Source: Phoronis australis (Eukaryota; Animalia; Phoronida). From it: a stretch of DNA of 64,000 nt. The notes beneath the pieces were generated by a model. The model was not told the origin of the DNA. It searched no databases and saw only the letters and a program-made list of their open reading frames with translations. The stretch spans positions 1 to 64,000 of the forward strand of contig NMRA01000313.1 of the NCBI GenBank assembly GCA_002633005.1. The letters run 5' to 3'. Made by a program: the position numbers and the translations under genes. Positions within the stretch are counted from its first letter, which is position 1; each line of letters begins with the position of its first letter. Shown one piece after another: positions 56,824 to 64,000 of the stretch.

Positions 56824-58589
56824 AAATGAATTTAATATTGAAATTATGTCAAATTTTAGAATTTCGTATGACTGCGCAACAAAACGGACACCACAGCCGC
56901 AAGCCTTACACTTGTCGCAACTCGCCCCATTTGGAAGTACATTGTAGCTGGCTAAAAACGAAAATCGATTAAGACCATTTACTCTTATACCACCGACCTC
57001 ATAATATCCATACCATGACAGTTTTTTCATTTCTTTAACTTACAAAAGCAATGCGAACATACACTATTTTCGCATTCACAACTTCACGGGTGGCCAATCA
57101 CATTAAATTCTAAAGTCTTTTCTTGAGTCGCCGATGGTTTCGATGTTCTTGGTTGGAACGAAGACAGAACTCTATCACAGGCAAGGGGATATTTTGGGAG
57201 TAAAAGGTCTGATTAGATTTTTCGTTTTATTGCCAGCTAAGCTAATTCATGTCTTCGACGTCTGTTAGACTATGTAGCCAGACAATTTGTCACAACTGAA
57301 ATAAACTTTGAATCAACATTTTAAGCTGTTTATCCATCTTGCTGGTTCCTGAAACTTACAGGGGGTAAGAAATAAATGATACTCCGCACATGTTTCTTAT
57401 CCTCTTGTTGATTTCTTCTCGCGAAGTTTCCAGCTCAGTAGCTTCCATGCGTCTCCGGTCTAGTCGATGATCTCTCGACTGTGCGTCCATTTTAGTTTTT
57501 AACTGAGTAGTCTCCATAGACTTGCGGAGAATTGTGAGAAGCATTTTTACGACAACCCATTCTACTGTGGGGTGCGTCGCTTGACTAAATCCCATTGATG
57601 TCGGGTAGCTCAGTAATTCCTTAAAAGCCGGCTTTTGTGACCATTTCGAATATAAAAGTTTCAAGGCACTTGCCATAGCACAAACGATTATAAAAGCATT
57701 GAAAACATATTGATGGATTCAGTGAGGAAGAATTTGCTGGATTATCTATGTGTATGACAATTCATTGCGTGTACCGTTTATGCACAGGGGGACGACTATT
57801 GAGTCATATTTGTGAGTCGAACACATTTATGCGACTAGGTGAAATGCAGCTTGAACTTTTTAAATGAATTTTTTAAAAATTGATAGAAGGAAAGAGCACA
57901 CCACCAGGTTGGAAATTCAGTTGTCAACCAATATAAAAAGTTTTAATATTAATTTGCCGGTAAGTATATTGAGCATATCTAAACTTTTTTATAGCGTGGT
58001 GGAACTACTTTGGGTCGCCGGGTTCCAATCAATCGGTACAAAAGGCGTCGCACAATGTTGCGGTGATAGCGCTAAGTGAGGTTGCACCGCCAGACATTTA
58101 TTTCATTGCCCGTTTAAATCTTTGCTGGGGAAGTCCTCGTCACTGAGGAAACCGATGTTCATCGATTCTTCGTTACCGTAAATCCTTGTAAGAAAGCTTT
58201 ATGGCCTTATATTCCATAATTATTTACAAAATTTCCTAAAATGCGCTGTTTCGCCTGTTAGGCCATGACATACATGTAACTCGGATGTATTTCAGAAAAA
58301 AAAACGTGACAAAACTGCCAGATTTTGTGATTGGCGCTCATCAATGGGGCACAAACGATTTTCGAAGTGCAGAGTCAAATGTGGTTTTAGCCTTATCAAT
58401 ATTTGACAGTAAAGAATCATCGCTGAGTGGCAGAAAACACATGGCCTTATATTCGGGATCGTCGCATTGTCAACGGTCCCAGAAATGCATTGTAGGCCTA
58501 ATCGCCAGACGGACATATTCTAGGTTTTACGGTATCCAGGTTTATGGCCCTGCCATCTACCGGTTACATTTGCAATTATAACTCAAAAC

Positions 58590-58600
58590 AAAATATGGCG
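58590..58600 (+). promoter_or_regulatory. YY1-like element near the NUDT3-like gene start
   Basis: aaaatatggcg resembles AANATGGCG, ~70 bp upstream of the ATG. Confidence 0.35.
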
Positions 58601-58667
58601 ATGATCATGAGTGACTTCGATACTGCTCTCCGTGTCGATATTATTTTTTGAAGTGGTCTGTGAAATT

Positions 58668-58766
58668 ATGGTCAAAGAGAAGCCACACTCAACCAGAACA
58701 TATGACGATGATGGCTACAGGCGGAGGGCTGCTTGTTTGTGTTTTAAAGACGAGACTTTCAAAGAG
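58668..58766 (+). CDS. NUDT3: Diphosphoinositol polyphosphate phosphohydrolase (DIPP; NUDT3/4, Aps-like), first coding exon; remaining exons not found in the window
   Basis: MVKEKPHSTRTYDDDGYRRRAACLCFKDETFKE followed by gtaagc; matches the DIPP N-terminal TRTYD.DG...RAACLCF. Confidence 0.9.
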
Positions 58767-61700
58767 GTAAGCTTTTGGAAACACGTGAACAATTTGACAG
58801 ATATCATTGCTGCACATGTCGCTTATGTTTTATCTCAAATACATGTTCCAGGCGACCTCGTAAAAACTGCGTTAACCTAACACGGAATTTTGATGAGGTG
58901 CTGTTGACCGTGTCCTTGACTGGTGTTGACAAATGTTGTGTTACGCAAACTTGAGTAAAAGCACTTTCATAATTTCAAATTCATGATTTTCGTCAGCTAT
59001 TTAATTCGCAACAGTTTCACTTTCAGGTGAAGATTTACCGCTTTTGAAGCGGCAGTAGTAAAGTTAGTAAACTCGTTCATTCGAAAAAACTAATATTGAT
59101 TTTGACCACTTAACCAGTTGACTCACCACTAAAATATTGTTAAAGTTGTTCCTTACTTGGGAACTGATTGTGGTCAGAACTGCTAGTTCCCAAGTTCTTG
59201 AAACGATGGTCATAGAATGTGGCCAGTTAACTCGGGCACTGCTCTATTAGTATTAAGCAACATGTCCCTCGGTTGGCCGGTTAGGGGCTACAATACTTCC
59301 CATTGCTTTCTGTAAGAATTTCGTCTGTGTATTTTAAACAGGCGGTGGACCAAATACGGTCACCTATTTAGAGTTGTCACATCGTCAAAAATACATTTCA
59401 TAATTGAAACTATCACTTAAAAGAGCGCTTACTTTCTTCAGTGGTCTTTTCTACTTCTACACATGTCATGGACAAGCTTGGTTACGAGAATTAAGGTGAC
59501 TTTACCAAAGAATTCCAACTCCACTTTTTTGGTCACCGTTAACTTGTTAACTTTTTCACCACGCGCGTGATAGCCACAAAGTATTTCAACTGAGTCATGT
59601 GAGTTAGGCAAAGGCTGGCACAGTACTGACACTTGCAAAATAGCAGTTGAGTTTTAGTGTGTTTAAATTTATTAGGCTTCTCCCACTAACTTTGATGGCT
59701 GGGTGTTTAGATAAGCATCGTTTTGTATTGAAGTTGACTGGCGGGATTTAACAGCGAAGCATAGGCACATCGCCGTAATGGGAACGCTCAATTTTGTCCA
59801 TCAAAGTTGTCGGCAATAGTCGCTGCTGTGACAGTGATGAAGGTCGTATTAGGTCACCTTGCGAGAAATTCGATGGCGATAGCATCGCCTAGTAATTCTC
59901 CGGAATCTGTTAACTAGCAAAGAAAATCAGAAAGTTCAAGTTAACTCAACTAGATGGGGAAATGGAGGTATGAAAAGAACATTGTGACAAATGACAGATT
60001 TGTACAGTCTGGTTGTTTTCTCGAAACTGGTTCCTATGGGTATTCAATAATATTTTCATACTGGAGACATTCATGAATTTGTTCTATGTAACTGATGCTG
60101 TCTGTATTACATTGCTAAGTGATGTGGTTTAAATTAGGAATCTTGCAGCTCTTAACATCCCTGAACAACCTTAGCAGCCAGTGCTATTTCCATACACTTA
60201 TGAGTTGAGGCAATCTTATCTGCACAATCTCTTACTAGATGTATTGTTCATTTGTTTGAAATTTGCCACCAGGAATCAATAGGCCTTAACAAGTCAAGGT
60301 TTTTCAATGTGCTATTTATGGGTTATCTGTATTTTCTTAAGCCATGTCATGTCAGAAACTTCCCATCCCTGGCTGTTTCACTAGTTGAGTTCAACTGGGT
60401 GAACTGCATGTTACTTCAAAAAGCCCATTTCTGTTGTTTCTTACACAATAGAGGTGACTGCCTTCTGTGAGCAGCTCTATTCACGCCAATTAGTTTTGAA
60501 AGGTTTTATTTGATGTTTAGTACAACAGTCTAAACAAGTCTTTTGTTGTCTGGCTGGTTGTATTTTAATGTCTCCTTGGGACTGAGTCTCAAGAAGCCTT
60601 GGTCCTTTGAATCCCCTGGAACATTGCTGTGTTGATGTTAACATTTGCCCTGATCATCCAGTTCCTAAGATCACAGGGTGGAGCTTTGAGCCCTGTCTTC
60701 TTGATCATTTTAGTTTTATAAAGATGACCAAATTCTGAGTTCTGGCTTCAGTGTGCTTTTTCAAAAGCATGACCTTGTTGACTCAAAATTTACTAAAATC
60801 AAGTAAAAAGTCTCCACAGACATGGTGTTAGTTTGGTCTTAATGCATAGATTTTGAATTGACAAGCTCCTCTTACGACTGTTGGTTTGAAATCAACCTAA
60901 ACGAAACATGAGACACATCTTTAAATCAACTCATTCATCGATTTCCTAACCATTAAAATGAGCGTAGCCGTTATTCTGTCAGTAATGGCACCCTCTTGTA
61001 GAGAACTGGGCCTGGTAAACCCCACCCGTGTTAGCGGCACGTCCCATTTTCCCATTTTGTGGCTGAAGTCCCCCAGGTCAAAAAGTTCAATGGGTTGGAA
61101 ATGAGAGAGTACGCAACTGTGGTAGACTGAATCATATGATGTAATTATGGCAATATCACGCCATACGAGGGACAAGTCAAGTGAAACTTATTTTTTATTT
61201 CATCATAAAAAGAACTTTAATCATGTAAATCCCTTATAAATATTTTCTAACCACCATAAGGATACCTTCAGAAGTCTTGCGAAATTGGAGGCACTCACGA
61301 GATAACTTGAAGTCTTTGAAAATGAAAGATCATTTTGGCAGTTATCTTTCATTGGTGAGATTTCAACATGGCTATGTACAGTACAAGACGAAAGTAATCG
61401 GACAAAACACTGTTTTTCCATCATGACAGCTCATTCTATTAACAACAAAAATTACTGGTAACAACTATCATGCCAGCAAAATTCTATTTATAGAAGGGCT
61501 TGGCCTCCTTAGTAAGGGTACTGATTATTCCCCTTTATTCTTGGTCATGAGGGAAGACTACTCTGGTAATGAATTTAGCTTCTCCAGTTGTCATGGCGAG
61601 GAATTCTGGATCATTTTGTCTGAATAGTTTTGGGCTGTACTGTACGTATGCCCTGGAATCATTTTGTAATTTTGCCTTTGAGTTTCTCATTGTGGTGTTT

Positions 61701-61804
61701 GATAATGTTTGTTATCGTACCTAGGCCGACAGTACTGATAACAACTTTCGTGTTCTTCGGTAACAGCTTCTATTTTTTGTATGATAGGTTTCACAACGTG
61801 TCTA

Positions 61805-63026
61805 ATTACTTGGCGAAATAAATTTCGCCAAGTATGTTGCTCTTCCACTAAGTTTTTTTTTTTGTTTGTTCGCACGATACAGGTCGCAATTTTCGTCCGA
61901 TCATCACGAAATTTACACACAACACGTACTTCCGGAAGTACTGGAAGCCTATTGTTTTTCGTCAAAATCGGATCCAAGATGGCGGCTGTGGCGGCCATTT
62001 TGTTTCCATTTAAAGGTTCAAATGCTTCTGGAGGCTACAATTTTTTACGTAAAACGTTAAGAATCGGCACAGTGAATGGACCAGAAGTTTGCTACAAGTG
62101 TACCGGAAATTGTTTACTTCCGGTTAAAGATAGCGGAAATATCGGTGATCGCGCATGCGCACCTCGATTTTGGCCTAAAAACGTTTTCTCCTCTAGAGGG
62201 CGCATTATCGAACCAATTCCTTGGAATTTTTACAGGTATTAGTTTCCTATAACATGCTATTATACAAAGCCGAAAAACCGGAAGTTGCTTTCAAGATGGC
62301 GGATATACGCATGTTGACCCATTTTCAGTCGTCTGGGGTGCGATTTTAAACTGGAGGATAAAAAGACGTGATTTTTTGCATGTAGATTCTTTGAAGTATA
62401 ATCTTTCAAATGGCCTGTAACAATTTTTTTCTCAGACTTACCGTTTTCGAGTTATTTGACTTTGAATTTCTTAAAAAAACGCAAAATTTCATTTTTTTCG
62501 AAAAATTTACGGAATTAGGTGATACCGTCAGTTTAGATAGAATTTTGAACGGGCTTTCAGAAGATGTTTTCCATTTTTCGCTAGGACGTCGACTTTTTGA
62601 GTTATTTGAGATTTTCTGATAACGCTGTTCCTTTGTTGAGCGCTCTTGCTGCATTGATGTTGGTTTATCTTCTATTGAACTAGACTGTAGCCTATTTCTT
62701 ATTGATTTATGACATCTAAGTTCATCATATGAATGTTGTGATGTTGTTCATCATCGTCACCACCATCATCATAATCGTCATCATCGTCGTCATCTTCGTC
62801 ATCATCTCCGTCGTTGTCTTTTCCGTTAATTTCGCCAAGTGTTGCACAAGACTGTATCCTTTTTCTTACTGATTTCGGACTTCTACGTTCGTCATGTGTA
62901 TGTTATTATTACTTCTTTAGTTCATCCTCGCTACCATCATCGTCATATTCTTCATCTTCGTCATCATCTTTATCGTCATCAGTTTGGTTAATTTCGCCAA
63001 GGTTCGCTCCTCGGAGCGCTTTCATT
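61805..63026 (+). mobile_element. Helentron-associated interspersed element (HINE/DINE-1-like), near complete
   Basis: 5' palindrome tacttggcgaaat-aa-atttcgccaagta (61807-61834), ccgatcatcacgaaattt core, (TCA/TCG)n tracts, 3' sub-terminal atttcgccaag (62991-63001), hairpin cgctcc-tc-ggagcg (63005-63018), then a T-run. Confidence 0.7.
62749..62980 (+). repeat. Imperfect (TCA/TCG)n trinucleotide tracts
   Basis: catcatcgtcaccaccatcatc... in two blocks inside the HINE. Confidence 0.8.
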
Positions 63027-64000
63027 TTTTATTTTTTTCAACTGTGCCAGCCTGTGATGTCAAATGTGTTCATCAAACTTTGAAATTTGATTATTTTCGA
63101 AAGCATTCTAAAGCACTATACGATTTTTAATGACACACCAAGACCGAAAGAGGCTACCCAGTGGTTTACTGATAATTGTTAGTGAGCTTCATTTAATGTC
63201 TGTTAAGGAATTTACTCGTAAGTGCATTTTTACAGTCCGATACTCTGCCAACAAATTACAAATTAGTTTCATTTACTTATTTCTGTGAAAAATTGTTGTC
63301 CAGGCGTGTTCTGTTCATATCTTGCTGCGCTTCGTTTTCATTAGGTGTAGTCAATCAGTTATAATGCAGAATCTTGTAAAAACGCGTGTTTGTCTGCATA
63401 TACCATTTGTGTTCATACCGGCTAGATGCCCACTCGCAAAATTTCAAACTTTTCACTAAAAACACCCTTGCTCTGCCTGGTGCCAACACCCAAAATATGA
63501 AATCAAGACTTCTTTGAAATCGCCCATTCTTTGTGAACATCTGTAGTGCACAGATTTCAGCTCCCGAAATATGTGAAACGACAACTTTGAGAAAGGAACG
63601 GTCAGATTGTCAGTGGCACATTGTTGCGTTATTCGGGGTGTACCGAACTCTTCTAAACTGTTATGTTTCGCCATTGCAAGTACGTAAGTCCAACATAAAT
63701 ATGTCTTGCTGGACATTTACCCACTTCTAAAGTTTGGGTAAATGCGTCCCCCAACTTGTCAAAGTCATGTTTTCGAACGCTTATGCTCGTCTGAAATGCT
63801 CATCTCTTGATTTTCAAGCTTCCTTGTTTAAGAGCTCTGGGCGTTCACCCGAATTATTATTATTATTCCAATTTACAAATGACCACGGTCTTACATTTAA
63901 TGTTTGCAATGCACTTTCAACATTTGTAATGTTTTGTTGTCTTATTTATAAGCAGTTGCTTTTTAGTAACTTGCAAACTGTGATAATACCAGGAATTTCT

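Noticed and set aside
57360-57676. Minus-strand ORF / first exon divergent from NUDT3 (good ATG context at 57490, gtaagt donor)
   Set aside because: No recognisable domain, and I could not find a convincing phase-compatible downstream exon.

Overview
AT-rich, intron-rich, transposon-dense metazoan (probably marine invertebrate) genomic DNA; no prokaryotic features. (1) The 3' part of a receptor-type protein tyrosine phosphatase gene on + (24 GT-AG exons, 2945-41697, phases all consistent): two FN3 domains, a juxtamembrane domain with an RKKR furin site, a TM helix, an active D1 ([17 protein letters not shown]), a pseudo-phosphatase D2 and the stop codon. (2) A 397-aa single-exon orphan ORF (52219-53412). 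(3) The first coding exon of a DIPP/NUDT3-type Nudix hydrolase (58668-58766). Introns and intergenic DNA hold many transposon relics: two TTAA-flanked Kolobok elements (one with convergent THAP-transposase and P2X7-ballast-like KolX remnants), an internally deleted Harbinger, a hAT-type element carrying a tRNA-like Pol III unit, an IS3EU-like integrase fossil, two decayed LINEs, Helentron-associated elements, MITEs and Penelope-type inverted repeats with hammerhead-ribozyme cores. The most striking unannotated signal is a strong excess of the palindromes TACATGTA and TAGGCCTA, with internal evidence at two sites that they arose as 6-bp insertions at TA (excision scars). All coordinates and counts were made by eye and may be off by a few bases.
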